Shown: positions 52,269-62,897, counted from the stretch's first letter. The stretch: DNA of 64,000 nt from Candidatus Aldehydirespiratoraceae bacterium (GCA_965198365.1 OZ240617.1:2507429-2571428), one strand, 5' to 3'. Notes: generated by a model from the letters alone, not told the origin. A program made the numbers and translations.

Positions 52269-54035
52269 TTACGTGTATTCGGCGTACTTCTTCAGGTGGC
52301 GGACCGGGCGGCTCAAAGCGTCCTTACGGAAGGGATCGCCGAGTTCTTTGGTGGTCATGACTTCGATCACTGTGGTCTGCCGTTTGGTCATCTGATCGTC
52401 GATCGCCCGTTCCAGGGCCGGACCGACATCATCAAGCTGATCAACACGAACACCCTTCGCTCCCATCGCTTGAGCGATTTGCGCGTAGTTCTCGCCCGCT
52501 TCAAGTTCCCCGGCCACAAAACGGCGACCGTAGAAATCAACCTGGTTCTTCTTTTCGGCACCCCATTGGCGATTGTGGAACACCACCGCGGTGACGGGAA
52601 TATCGTGGCGCACCGCGGTCATCACCTCGACCATGCTCATAGCCCAGGCGCCATCGCCGGCGTACGCCACCGCCGGACGATCATCCGCAGCCTTCTTGGC
52701 TCCAATAATGGTCGGCAGCGCATAGCCGCAGTTACCCCAACTCATGGCTGCCAAAAACGACCTGGGCTCTTCGAAGCGCAGGTAGCTGTTGGATACCGAG
52801 TTGATGTTGCCGATGTCGGTGGACACCATTACCCGAGCCGGCATGGCCCGCTCCAGTTCCCGCAACACCTGACGTGGGTGCAGCCAACTGCCTTCTTCGG
52901 CCGCTGCTTCTTTGATCATGTCGATACTGAAGTCGTCGGTTTCTTCGGTCCAATCGTCGAGTTCGTCTTCCCACGCGGTCTTCTCGGAAAGCAGCGTCGA
53001 CTCTCGCTCGGCACGGTTCTGGTCGGCCACCAGCGTGCGTTGAGCCAGCCGCGCGGTCAGCGCGGCAGCAGCTGCACCGGCATCGCCGCAAATCCCGACG
53101 TCAATCTTTTTGACCAAGCCGAGCATCTTCGAATCAGCATCAACCTGGATGATCTTGGCCTCTGTTGGCCAATAGTCGAGGCCATGCTGAGGCAAGGTGC
53201 CAAAGGGCCCCAAACGGGTGCCGAGCGCCAGCACCACGTCAGCCCGTGCGATCAACTTCATCGCCGCTTTTGAGCCTTGGTAGCCGAGCGCTCCACACCA
53301 TTGTGGGTGGCTGGCCGGAAACGAGTCGTTGTGCAGGTAGCTGTTGACCACCGGACAGCCGAGTCTTTCGGCCAAGGCGACCGTTGCGGCCATACCATCT
53401 CCGATCACCACTCCACCACCGCTGATCATGACTGGGAACTGCGCGCTGGCCAAGAGGTCGGCCGCTTCGTTGAGCGTACGCTCACCACCGGGTCCGCGAT
53501 CGAGCCGCATGGGGGTTCCGATCTCCACATTGATGTCGCCATAGAAGCGGTCACGGGGGATGTTGAGCTGCGTTGGACCCATCTCCGACAGCGCCCGGTC
53601 GAAGCAACGAGCCGTGATCTCTGCCATTCGGTGTTCGTTGTTGATGTGCCCCTGATACTTGGTGAACTCCTCAAACATCGGAAGCTGATTGGCTTCCTGG
53701 AAGCCACCGAGTCCCATCCCCATCGTGCCGGCTTCGGGGGTAACGATGACAACGGGACTGTGTGCCCAGAAGGCTGCCGCGATCGCGGTCACACAGTTGG
53801 AAATACCAGGGCCATTCTGCCCGATCACGACTCCGTGGCGGCCACTGACCCGGGCATACCCGTCTGCCATATGGGCTGCCCCTTGCTCGTGTACCACCGG
53901 TACCAACTCGATCCCCGCTGGCTCAAAAATGTCCATGGCGTCCATGAATGCGCTGCCCATGATGCCAAAGACAGTGGTCACTCCGTTGGCCACCATGGTT
54001 TCGACAAACGCTTCGCTGGGAGTCATCCGGGTCAT
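52269..54035 (-). CDS. xsc: thiamine-diphosphate enzyme, sulfoacetaldehyde acetyltransferase (Xsc)-like
   Basis: GGAGGAAAC-ATG at 54035. MTRMTPSEAFVETMVANGVTTVFGIMGSAFMD...GQNGPGISN...GGFQEANQLPMFEEFTKYQ resembles Xsc rather than acetolactate synthase. About 588 aa. pta lies in the same operon. Confidence 0.7.
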   Translation of the reverse strand: MTRMTPSEAFVETMVANGVTTVFGIMGSAFMDAMDIFEPAGIELVPVVHEQGAAHMADGYARVSGRHGVVIGQNGPGISNCVTAIAAAFWAHSPVVIVTPEAGTMGMGLGGFQEANQLPMFEEFTKYQGHINNEHRMAEITARCFDRALSEMGPTQLNIPRDRFYGDINVEIGTPMRLDRGPGGERTLNEAADLLASAQFPVMISGGGVVIGDGMAATVALAERLGCPVVNSYLHNDSFPASHPQWCGALGYQGSKAAMKLIARADVVLALGTRLGPFGTLPQHGLDYWPTEAKIIQVDADSKMLGLVKKIDVGICGDAGAAAAALTARLAQRTLVADQNRAERESTLLSEKTAWEDELDDWTEETDDFSIDMIKEAAAEEGSWLHPRQVLRELERAMPARVMVSTDIGNINSVSNSYLRFEEPRSFLAAMSWGNCGYALPTIIGAKKAADDRPAVAYAGDGAWAMSMVEVMTAVRHDIPVTAVVFHNRQWGAEKKNQVDFYGRRFVAGELEAGENYAQIAQAMGAKGVRVDQLDDVGPALERAIDDQMTKRQTTVIEVMTTKELGDPFRKDALSRPVRHLKKYAEYT

Positions 54036-54102
54036 GTTTCCTCCAATCCGAACCAGTTGTAAGAGCCTATAACCAATCTGCAAGGCTATCTAGCGACGAA
54101 GT

Positions 54103-54684
54103 TCAAGATTCTCGTTCTAGATGGCGAATCCCGGCAATCAACAGTTCCAGAAGGTGATCGAACGTGTCATCAAGGTCGTGTTCGTGCGGATGCCCGTCGC
54201 CAGACTCAAGATGAGAAAATCCGTGGAAAGAACTCCGTAGACCACGCGCCACATGTACACGCTCAGCTTCGTCAATGCTGAAACTCCCCAGAGCTCGCGC
54301 AATGACCGCCACAATCCGCTCGACCGCTTCTTCGAGTTCAACATCTCCCGCGCAGGGGTATCGGTCGGTGGCGGCGTATAAACCGGGATGAGTCCGCACT
54401 ACCTCCCGCCAAGCCCTCCCGATGGCTACGACTGCGTCCTCGCCCGATACACCGATGGCAGCCTCAGTGAGCGAGCTAGCGAGTTTCGCTCGGCCTCTCA
54501 AAGCCAGCAGTTTGACAAGATCGTCGTACCCGTCGACATGTCTATAAAGCGCCGGTTGACGAACACCGAGTTCGTCGGCCACACGAGTGAGGGTGACCGC
54601 GTCAAACCCTTCTCTGTCTGCTATTTCTGAGGCGCATTCAATTACTTGCGCTTGGTCCAGAGTCCGCCGAGATGGTCCGCTCAT
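54103..54684 (-). CDS. TetR-family transcriptional regulator
   Basis: 193 aa. N-terminal HTH FDAVTLTRVADELGVRQPALYRHV. Confidence 0.85.
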   Translation of the reverse strand: MSGPSRRTLDQAQVIECASEIADREGFDAVTLTRVADELGVRQPALYRHVDGYDDLVKLLALRGRAKLASSLTEAAIGVSGEDAVVAIGRAWREVVRTHPGLYAATDRYPCAGDVELEEAVERIVAVIARALGSFSIDEAERVHVARGLRSSFHGFSHLESGDGHPHEHDLDDTFDHLLELLIAGIRHLERES

Positions 54685-54708
54685 GCGTTAGAAGCTATCA
54701 CTATAACG

Positions 54709-55644
54709 TTAGAGCGGACGCAACGCGGAGGCTTGGATTGAAGCGATAACCGCCACGTTGACAATGTCATCTTCTGAACAACCCCGCGAAAGGTCATGCA
54801 ACACGCCATCGAGTCCCTGCAACAACGGCCCGAAAGCAAGCGCTTGACCCAGACGTTCGGTGATCTTGTAGGCGATGTTGCCGGAGTCAAGATCTGGGAA
54901 GACGAACACATTGGCTCTGCCGGCAACTTCGGAGTCAGGAGCCTTGACATCGGCAACGGCGGGAACCCAAGCGGCATCAAACTGCAACTCACCATCAATC
55001 TTGAGATGTGGCGCGGCCTGCTGAGCAATCGCGGTAGCGCTGCGTACCTTTTCGACACGCGGGTGTTGCGCACTCCCCTTAGTTGAAAACGAGAGCATGG
55101 CGACACGAGGCTCCTCACCAGTCAGTAGAGCAAACGTAGCGGCGCTTGAAATCGCTACCGAGGCCAATTGCTGATCGTCGGGGTCGGGTAACACTCCACA
55201 ATCGCCGTAAACCATTGTGCGACCGTCGGGCAGCACAAAAAAGAAGCAGCTACTCAGCGCTTCAACTCCCGGCGCGACCCCGAGCACCCGCAACCCAGCC
55301 CGCACCACCTCCGCGCTGGAGCGGCTTGCTCCACCCACACACCCCGCAGCCCAGCCTGTCTTGACCAGAGCCGCAGAAATCACCAGCGGATCGTCGACAT
55401 CGAGCCGACGACCAGCCCACGGTCCTGTGTTTGCAGCAGCCAGCTCGTCAACGAGGCGCTCCGCGGGGTCATGAGCAACCTCGGCGAGCGAGCCGAAATC
55501 TCGACCCGCAACGAGTGCCTCGGCCAAACCCCCGGCATTGAGCCGATCGGCGGCGGCGATAGCTCGCGGGTCTTGCGCATCGGCCAAAATGATGCGCTGC
55601 GGGTTCGCCCGAGCGCTGCTGTACCAATCGTCGAGAACGCTCAC
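54709..55644 (-). CDS. pta: phosphate acetyltransferase (short PTA_PTB form)
   Basis: 311 aa. ...FVFPDLDSGNIAYKITERL... and SRGCSEDDIVNVAVI motifs. GTGA overlap with the upstream aminotransferase. Confidence 0.8.
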   Translation of the reverse strand: MSVLDDWYSSARANPQRIILADAQDPRAIAAADRLNAGGLAEALVAGRDFGSLAEVAHDPAERLVDELAAANTGPWAGRRLDVDDPLVISAALVKTGWAAGCVGGASRSSAEVVRAGLRVLGVAPGVEALSSCFFFVLPDGRTMVYGDCGVLPDPDDQQLASVAISSAATFALLTGEEPRVAMLSFSTKGSAQHPRVEKVRSATAIAQQAAPHLKIDGELQFDAAWVPAVADVKAPDSEVAGRANVFVFPDLDSGNIAYKITERLGQALAFGPLLQGLDGVLHDLSRGCSEDDIVNVAVIASIQASALRPL

Positions 55645-57059
55645 AACGAGGCGTTCAGCCCTTCCCTCGCCAAGGGATCAGCCTCTTTTCGGCCATGCGC
55701 CTTCAGCCAACCGCCCACGCGGTCGAGCACTTGGTCGACCCGCTTGAGCAGGTCGTCGATCACGGTGGCGTCTGCCACCAACGGCGGTGCCACCGCCAGC
55801 ATGGCGGCACCGCGGGAGTCGGGCCGGACCAGAACGCCCGCCTCACGCACAAATCGTTCTAGCACTCCGCCCGGTAGTAATTCGGCGAACTCGTTGTCAG
55901 TGAGGTCCAAACCGCTGCGGCGGTCACGCATCAGTTCCACGGCATGGAAGTACCCGGCGCCCCGCACGTCTTTGACACAACGATGGGATTCCATCAGCGC
56001 GCGCAAGCCGTTCTTGAGGCGGTCCTCGTTTGCCAGAACGCCGTCGAACACTCTCTCGTCGCGCATGGCGGTCATGTTGGCCACCGCTACCGCTGTGGCC
56101 ACTGGGTGGCCGCCGAACGTGGCCCCGTGGACGAACATCGCAGAGGGTGAGTCCCACACCCGATCCACCAGCGAGTCCCGCACAAGCAAACCTCCCAGAG
56201 GCACGTATGCGCTGGTGACACCCTTGGCGAAGGTGATCATGTCCGGCACGACGCCATAACGCTCGCTGCCGAACCAGTGACCGAGGCGCCCGAACGAGTT
56301 GATCACCTCATCTGCGCAGAGAAGCACGCCGTAGGTGTCGCAGATACGGCGCAGTTCTTGCCAATAGCCGTCGGGCGGGACCAGTGCTCCCCTGCCGTTC
56401 TGTACTGGTTCGGCAATCACCATGGCCACCGTCTCAGGGCCCTCGGTGAGAATCGCCTGCTCGACGGCTGTTACACACGGCAGTTCTGAGGCCGGAACGC
56501 CTTCGGCAGAACAGCCGAGTGTGTTGTCTACATGGCGCACGAACCCAGCGAGCATCGGTTCATAGGGGTCACGGAAATTGGGAATGCCCGTCACCGCCAG
56601 TGCACCGAGCGTGGTGCCGTGGTAGGCCCAACGGCGAGCTATCACCTTTTGGCGACTCGGCGCGCCGTTCGCCAAGTGGTAGCAGCGAGCGAACTTGAGG
56701 GCGGATTCCACCGCTTCTGAGCCAGAGTTCACAAAGAACACTCGGTTGAGATCGGCGGGAGCCACCGACGCGACCAGCGACGATGCCTCGATGGACGAAG
56801 GGTGGGCGCAACTCCAGTTGGGGCTGAAAGCCAGTTTGTCCATCTGCTTGGCGGCAACCGCGGTCAGATCACTGCGCCCGTGGCCGAGGTTGGTGCAGAA
56901 CAACCCGGAGAGCCCGTCCAGGTATTCGTTGCCCTCGGTGTCTGTGACGTAACAGCCTTCACCTCGTTCGATTACGAGCAGGTCGTCGCGTTGCCAAGCA
57001 TCGCCACGCGTAAAATGCGGCACCAAGTGGGCCCGGGCCTTGGCTCTAATCTCGGTCAA
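55641..57059 (-). CDS. class-III (omega) aminotransferase; taurine:pyruvate aminotransferase candidate
   Basis: 472 aa. FFVNSGSEAVESALK, LLCADEVINSFGRLG, FAKGVTSAY (PLP Lys). Operon context with pta and xsc. Confidence 0.8.
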   Translation of the reverse strand: MTEIRAKARAHLVPHFTRGDAWQRDDLLVIERGEGCYVTDTEGNEYLDGLSGLFCTNLGHGRSDLTAVAAKQMDKLAFSPNWSCAHPSSIEASSLVASVAPADLNRVFFVNSGSEAVESALKFARCYHLANGAPSRQKVIARRWAYHGTTLGALAVTGIPNFRDPYEPMLAGFVRHVDNTLGCSAEGVPASELPCVTAVEQAILTEGPETVAMVIAEPVQNGRGALVPPDGYWQELRRICDTYGVLLCADEVINSFGRLGHWFGSERYGVVPDMITFAKGVTSAYVPLGGLLVRDSLVDRVWDSPSAMFVHGATFGGHPVATAVAVANMTAMRDERVFDGVLANEDRLKNGLRALMESHRCVKDVRGAGYFHAVELMRDRRSGLDLTDNEFAELLPGGVLERFVREAGVLVRPDSRGAAMLAVAPPLVADATVIDDLLKRVDQVLDRVGGWLKAHGRKEADPLAREGLNASL

Positions 57060-57161
57060 CTGATTCCCCCCAGCAAATCAGTTACATGTTAGCAAGAATA
57101 CGTTAGGAGATCTAGCGCTATTGCGACGGTGACTAACTGACGGTCCGATTGCTTGATCCCC

Positions 57162-58205
57162 TCAAAGCGCGGTCAACATGTACGTCGCCAATGACGCTGA
57201 TCCGTTCAGCACTCGCGCTCGCCCATCGTTGCATACGACCATCACACATCTCTTGCGGTCTCGATCCAACACCGAAGTAGCCGACCACAGCGTGTTCGAT
57301 CCTTGCATGATGTACGAGCCGAGGGAGCCTCGCGCCTTGATCCATCCCATCGCCATACAGTCGCTGTCCGGCTCGGGAACGCGGAATATCTCTGCCAGCG
57401 ATTCTTCGCTCAAGAACCCGGTCTTCGTGCTCGAAACAAAGATGCTGAGCAGGGTCATCCAGTCTTCGAGCGACACATGCATTGAACCCGCCGACGAGAA
57501 CACTGGAGGATTGTCGCTGTCGGCGGTCGCCGGTTTAGCGGGTGGTCCCTTCAGCACTCCGATGCCCCCCAAGTTTATCTTGGTGCCGTGACCGCATATC
57601 TTCGCAGGCGCGCCAAAACCGACAGACCGGACGCCCAACGGTCCCAAAAGTTGGCTGAGTAGCGCTTTCTCGAAACTGATTTCCGAGACTCGATCAATGG
57701 CCGCGCCCACGATGATGTAGCTCAAGTTCGAGTAGCAATACTCACCAGGGTTCTGGGGGGCGGACCCAAGCGCCTCTGCGGCGAGATCCGTGCGTTGTTC
57801 AGGTAGTGGACGCATATCCTTGCGCGCCGATTCAAAGCGGGTCCAGTCCATGTTGGCGGGAATGCCGGCCCGGCAGTTCAGAAGGTCGCGTATCGTCAGC
57901 TCTCCCCATCTCCCGTCGACGCTGTTGAGATCTCCAAAAATCTCAGGCAATGGCGTGTCCCACTGAGCGCTGCCCGAGTCCACCAACCTCGCCCACAGGA
58001 CCGCCGTCATTGTCTTGGTGCAGGATCCGATATGCCACTTGTCGGACAAGAGAACGTTGTTATCGGATCCACGCGCTCGCAATCCCATAGTGTTCGCCAT
58101 ACGAGTGCCTTCGTCATCCACGAACGCCGCACCCACCGCAGGCACGTCATAACGTCGTCTGAACCTGTGCAATAGAGAATCCATCAACTGAGATTCTTGC
58201 GTCAT
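57162..58205 (-). CDS. serine hydrolase (class C beta-lactamase / DD-peptidase family)
   Basis: 347 aa. SxxK (GSCTKT) and YSN (YCYSNLSY) motifs. Confidence 0.75.
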   Translation of the reverse strand: MTQESQLMDSLLHRFRRRYDVPAVGAAFVDDEGTRMANTMGLRARGSDNNVLLSDKWHIGSCTKTMTAVLWARLVDSGSAQWDTPLPEIFGDLNSVDGRWGELTIRDLLNCRAGIPANMDWTRFESARKDMRPLPEQRTDLAAEALGSAPQNPGEYCYSNLSYIIVGAAIDRVSEISFEKALLSQLLGPLGVRSVGFGAPAKICGHGTKINLGGIGVLKGPPAKPATADSDNPPVFSSAGSMHVSLEDWMTLLSIFVSSTKTGFLSEESLAEIFRVPEPDSDCMAMGWIKARGSLGSYIMQGSNTLWSATSVLDRDRKRCVMVVCNDGRARVLNGSASLATYMLTAL

Positions 58206-58317
58206 GTGGGCTTCCTCCGTGGGCCGGACACTTGGTTTACAAGGCCTGGTTCAGGTCTCGTTGTTGACAAAGTCAGATGCTGTGTCGTTGATTATCGGTG
58301 GTGAGCGCTGGTCTGAA

Positions 58318-60732
58318 CTAACTGCGCAGAGACACGCCGTGGCGTTGGGCCACCGCATCGATGCACGCTTGACGTACATCAGCCACCTCGGTATCGGTCA
58401 AGGTGCGATCGTGAGCCTGGAGCCGCAGACGATACGCCAGACTCCGAGTACCCGTGGGCATACCCTCGCCCCGGTACACGTCGAACAACTCGATGTCGGT
58501 CAGCAACGTTTTCCCCGCCTTGCGTAGCGAGTCCTCAACCTCCGCGGCAGCCACCTCATCTGGGACTTCAAAAGCCAGATCGATATCGCTCGACGGGTAC
58601 TTCGACACAGGGCTGTACTTGCGATTGCTCCGAGGGCCGCTGAGCAATTCACCCAAGTCCAATTCGAGCCACGCCACTCTCCCCGCTACCCCAAAATTAT
58701 TGAGCACAACCGGGTCGACCTCGCCAACCACTCCCCTAGCGCTTCCTGCGACGAGGACCTCAGCGGAGCGGGTGGCATGCAAGCCCGGGGGTGAGGCCGA
58801 GCGTAAGACAACATTCGGCAAGCCCAACTCCCGCTCCAACAAATCAAGCACCGCCACCGCCTGTGGCGCCTCCTCACCAGCCAGCGCAACCGCCAGGTAC
58901 TCGCGTTCGTCAGGGAGTAACTGGTCGGGAGGGGGTGGCAAATAAACGTGATCGATTTCGAACAGGCGCACGTCAGCGCTGCGATGAGACTGGTTGTAGG
59001 CAATCGCTTTGAGCTGACACGGAAGCAGTGAGGTGCGCAGGACAGACTGCTCGGCAACCAGAGGGTTGGACAAAGTCACCCCATTGTCGGCGAGGCCCGC
59101 TTTCAGCAAGTCGCCGGGCGCTAGGAACGGCATGGGGAAGGTTTCGTCACATCCACATCCGACGAGAACCTGCCTGACCAAACGACGACGAACTTGGTAG
59201 TCGCTGAGACCTCCGGGTAGTTCTCCTCTGGGCACCGTTCTGACGATGTTCTCGTAACCGTGCAGGCGTGCCACCTCTTCGGCTACGTCAGTTTCGGTTT
59301 CGGTGTCCCAGCGCCAGGTGGGAATCGTGACGGCCAGATCCTCAGTGCCACTATCAGACACAACAACATCGACGCCAAAACCGATGGAAGACAGATACCC
59401 CGCCATTTCGGACGCACTCAGGTCAGTGCCGAGTAACCCGTTGATCTTGGCGCTGCGAACGTTGAGCGGTGTTCGATCAGGGGTGTTGCCCGACACGTCG
59501 ACATATCCGGGTACCGCGGTCACCCCGAGTTCCGAAGCGAGTTGGATGAAGCGCTGCATTGAGCGATCAACATTCTCGCCCCAATCAGCGCCACGTCGGA
59601 ACCTACTCGAAGCCTCGCTCACAAGATTGAGCCGTTTGACAGTGCGCGAGATCGTCGGCGGATCCCACCACGCCATCTCCAAGAGCACATCGGTCGTCTG
59701 CTCAGAGATCTCGGTGGTTGCGCCACCCATGACTCCAGCCAAGCTGACGATCTCGTCGGACTCGTTGGTGATCACCCCGTCGTTGGCTATGAGCTCACGC
59801 TCCAGACCATCAAGTGTGGTCAACGTCTCACCGGGTACCGCCCGGCGCACCCGCAGGTGGCCATTGGGAATCGTGGCCAGGTCGAAAGTGTGGTTGGGTT
59901 GACCCAACTCGAGCATCACGTAGTTGGAAATATCCACAATCGAGTTGAGCGGCCGCATACCCGCCAATATGAGCCGGTCGGCCAGCCATTGTGGCGATGT
60001 CTGTACGGTGATCCCACGCAACACAGCCGCCACGAACCGGCCGCACAACGTCGGATCAAGAATCTCGACTGTCAAGAGCTCATCAACACTGTCTCTATTA
60101 GCAGAGCCACCCGCGGAGTAACTGCCGGTGTCCACGCTGTAGTCAGGGAACGAGAAGTCGACCCCCAGAGCGGCAGCTAGATCGCGAGCCACTCCCGCTA
60201 CCGACATGGCGTCGGGACGGTTGGCGTTCACCTCGAGGTCCCACAACACATCGGGTTCCAAGCCGATAGCAGCCCCCACAGCCGTTCCCAACTCAGCTTC
60301 GGGATCTACCCGGTCGTTGAGCACGAGGATCCCCTCGTGGTCATTGCTGAGACCCAACTCAGCCCCCGAACAACACATACCGGCCGACACTTCGCCGCGC
60401 ATCTTTCGCTGTTGAATCTCCAAGCCGTTGGCCATGATGGTCCCCGGAGTGGCGAAAGGAATCAGATCACCGACAGCCATGTTGAAGGCCCCGCAACACA
60501 CCTGCAGCGCCTCTCCGTCGCCGGCATCCACATCGACGAGTTGGATTTTGTCGGCTGCAGGATGGGGCCTGAGATCGAGCACCTTTGCCAGTACCACCCC
60601 ATCGACGATGTCGCCGATAAGGGTCATGTCTTCCACGGTCAAGCCGAGCGCGCTCAAGGTCTCGCTCAAGTCGACCGGATCACCGTCGATACCAGGCGCG
60701 AACTCGCGAAGCCAAGACAGTGTCACCTTCAT
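58318..60732 (-). CDS. pheT: phenylalanine--tRNA ligase beta subunit
   Basis: 804 aa. MKVTLSWLREFAP canonical start. tRNA-binding, B3/4, B5 and FDX-ACB layout by length. Confidence 0.95.
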   Translation of the reverse strand: MKVTLSWLREFAPGIDGDPVDLSETLSALGLTVEDMTLIGDIVDGVVLAKVLDLRPHPAADKIQLVDVDAGDGEALQVCCGAFNMAVGDLIPFATPGTIMANGLEIQQRKMRGEVSAGMCCSGAELGLSNDHEGILVLNDRVDPEAELGTAVGAAIGLEPDVLWDLEVNANRPDAMSVAGVARDLAAALGVDFSFPDYSVDTGSYSAGGSANRDSVDELLTVEILDPTLCGRFVAAVLRGITVQTSPQWLADRLILAGMRPLNSIVDISNYVMLELGQPNHTFDLATIPNGHLRVRRAVPGETLTTLDGLERELIANDGVITNESDEIVSLAGVMGGATTEISEQTTDVLLEMAWWDPPTISRTVKRLNLVSEASSRFRRGADWGENVDRSMQRFIQLASELGVTAVPGYVDVSGNTPDRTPLNVRSAKINGLLGTDLSASEMAGYLSSIGFGVDVVVSDSGTEDLAVTIPTWRWDTETETDVAEEVARLHGYENIVRTVPRGELPGGLSDYQVRRRLVRQVLVGCGCDETFPMPFLAPGDLLKAGLADNGVTLSNPLVAEQSVLRTSLLPCQLKAIAYNQSHRSADVRLFEIDHVYLPPPPDQLLPDEREYLAVALAGEEAPQAVAVLDLLERELGLPNVVLRSASPPGLHATRSAEVLVAGSARGVVGEVDPVVLNNFGVAGRVAWLELDLGELLSGPRSNRKYSPVSKYPSSDIDLAFEVPDEVAAAEVEDSLRKAGKTLLTDIELFDVYRGEGMPTGTRSLAYRLRLQAHDRTLTDTEVADVRQACIDAVAQRHGVSLRS

Positions 60733-60745
60733 TGGGTCACCTTCA

Positions 60746-61747
60746 TCAGAACTGCCTCAGAAACCGAACATCGTTGTTGACCAGTTCACGAATGTCGTCG
60801 AGTTCGTGGCGCATCACCGCTAAGCGATCGATGCCGAAACCGAATGCGAAACCTTGCCACTCATCGGGATCGATGCCGCAGTTGCGCAAAACGTTGGGAT
60901 GCACCATGCCACAACCCCCCAGTTCCAGCCACGTTCCATCGGCGCGGGAAATATCGAACTCGGCGCTTGGTTCAGTGAACGGAAAATATGAAGGGCGTAG
61001 TCGGCTCTTCACGTCGCCACCAAAAAAGGTGTGTACGAACTCGTCGATAGTCCCCGCAAGGTCACCCATGGTTATCCCCCTATCAACTACCAGACCCTCA
61101 ATCTGGTTGAAGGCGGGGAGGTGAGTCGCGTCGGCAGTGTCGGTTCTGAAGGTCCTGCCCGGCGCGACGACATAGACAGGTGGCTTTTGATTCTCCATCG
61201 TGCGGATCTGAACCGGCGAGGTGTGCGAGCGCAGCATTACCTCTTCGGGCTCACCTAAATCCACGAAGATCGTGTCGAAACTGCCTCGAGCTGGATGCCA
61301 TTCAGGAATGTTGAGAGCCTCGAAGTTGTACCAAGCCGATTCAACTTCGGGGCCTTCGGCAACCGTGAAACCCATGCCTACGAAGACATCTTCGAGTCTG
61401 TCGCGGGATTGGGTGACAAGATGAAGCGAGCCGCGCCGTGCCTTTTGGCGGAATTCCGTGAGATCGAGCCGTTCAGCCTCAAGTTGGCGAGTTCGAGCGG
61501 CCTGGGCTAGGCGCTCGCGGGCAAACCCAACCGCCGCTTCAATCTCAGTTCGGATCTCGTTGACGGCTTGTCCGGTGGTTCTGCGTTGTTCTGGGGCTAG
61601 CGACCCGAGTTGCCGTTTGGCCGAAGTCACCGCCGATTTCTTCCCCAAGAACTCAACATCAAGCTCTGCCAACGCGTCGAGGTCTTCGACTTCGGCCAGT
61701 CGAGCCTGCGCTTCAATAGCGGTCTGGCGGAGCGTCTCTATCATCAA
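60746..61747 (-). CDS. pheS: phenylalanine--tRNA ligase alpha subunit
   Basis: 333 aa. HPARGSFDT, class II motifs FRTDTADATHLPAFNQIEG and GFAFGFGIDRLAM. Confidence 0.95.
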   Translation of the reverse strand: MMIETLRQTAIEAQARLAEVEDLDALAELDVEFLGKKSAVTSAKRQLGSLAPEQRRTTGQAVNEIRTEIEAAVGFARERLAQAARTRQLEAERLDLTEFRQKARRGSLHLVTQSRDRLEDVFVGMGFTVAEGPEVESAWYNFEALNIPEWHPARGSFDTIFVDLGEPEEVMLRSHTSPVQIRTMENQKPPVYVVAPGRTFRTDTADATHLPAFNQIEGLVVDRGITMGDLAGTIDEFVHTFFGGDVKSRLRPSYFPFTEPSAEFDISRADGTWLELGGCGMVHPNVLRNCGIDPDEWQGFAFGFGIDRLAVMRHELDDIRELVNNDVRFLRQF

Positions 61748-61807
61748 ACGAACAGGTTACGAGGTCCACCCGCGCGTTGGCTCCAAATTTCTGGGAGACT
61801 TTGTGGC

Positions 61808-62080
61808 GTGGTTCGGGACAATCCAGCACGCCAGCGCTATGAATTGATCGTCGACGACCGCATTGTGTCGATCGCTGACTACCAACTCGACGGCACCACC
61901 GTGGTGGTCCCGCATGTCGAAACAGACCCGTCGATGCGAGGTAAGGGTTTGGCCGACCAGCTAATGCGAGCCATGCTTGATGACTTGCGGGCGAACAACA
62001 AAACCATCCTGCCGCTGTGTGGATTCGCCGCCGCTTTCATCCGTGATCACCCCGAAGACGCAGACCTGCTGGCCTCGTAG
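61808..62080 (+). CDS. small GNAT-like N-acetyltransferase domain protein (YjdJ/Acetyltransf_CG type)
   Basis: ...RYELIVDDRIVSIADYQLDGTTVVVPHVETDPSMRGKGLADQLM...ILPLCGFAAAFIRDHPE. GTG 61808 chosen because the track start 61610 lies inside pheS. Confidence 0.6.
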   Translation: MVRDNPARQRYELIVDDRIVSIADYQLDGTTVVVPHVETDPSMRGKGLADQLMRAMLDDLRANNKTILPLCGFAAAFIRDHPEDADLLAS

Positions 62081-62862
62081 GCCAGCAGAGTTCCGGCCAT
62101 TGCGACGTTGAGCGATTCTGTGTTGCCGACCATGTCGATCCGGACCCAATCATCAACAAGAGAACCAATGGAACGGTCAAGACCGTGGGACTCGGAGCCG
62201 AGCACAATCGCCAGTGGACCGTGGAGCACGCCACTGTCGTGAGGAACCCCCTCACGCACGTCGGTCGCCACTATTCTGGCTCCGGCTGCGCGCAACTGGC
62301 GCAAAGTTGTTTGTGCATCAACTCCGCTCACGACCGGCACTCGCAACACCGAACCGGCCGAGGAGCGAACAGCCTTAGGACGCCACGGGTCTGCACCCCC
62401 GGCGGCTACGACAACACAGGCCGCACCGGTCGCATCGGCAACCCGGATGAGCGTGCCGACATTGCCCGGATCAGCAACCCCAAGCAGCACCAAGGCGAAG
62501 TCACTGACGTCGAAGATGGTCGGGATCGAGACCTGTGGACGTGCAACCACAGCCAACATCGGCTGGGGTGTCACCGATGGCGCCAAACGCTCAAACACTC
62601 TGTCTCTGACCACCAAGATCTCAACGGTGTCGTCAAAGCGCGCGCCAAGCGTTGAACTCCGAAGCGATGAGCCAGTGAGACTGTTTGCTGTGCTCTCCGG
62701 GACAATGACCGTGATCAGCCGCAGCCCTGCATCAAGTGCCTCGCCGACGGTGCGCTCCCCCTCCAGCACGATCTCCGCTGAATTCGCGCCGACTCGGTCG
62801 ATGAGTCGCCGTAACTCGACGACTCGACGACTATTGGGGCCCTTGACGTCGATTCGGTCCAT
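62047..62862 (-). CDS. TrmH/SpoU-family RNA 2'-O-methyltransferase
   Basis: 271 aa. DPGNVGTLIRVADATGA, IVLGSESHGL, ESLNVAMAGTLLAYE motifs. Confidence 0.8.
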   Translation of the reverse strand: MDRIDVKGPNSRRVVELRRLIDRVGANSAEIVLEGERTVGEALDAGLRLITVIVPESTANSLTGSSLRSSTLGARFDDTVEILVVRDRVFERLAPSVTPQPMLAVVARPQVSIPTIFDVSDFALVLLGVADPGNVGTLIRVADATGAACVVVAAGGADPWRPKAVRSSAGSVLRVPVVSGVDAQTTLRQLRAAGARIVATDVREGVPHDSGVLHGPLAIVLGSESHGLDRSIGSLVDDWVRIDMVGNTESLNVAMAGTLLAYEASRSASSG

Positions 62863-62897
62863 TAAAGCGGGCGCAACTCAGCCGATCCGTACAACAC

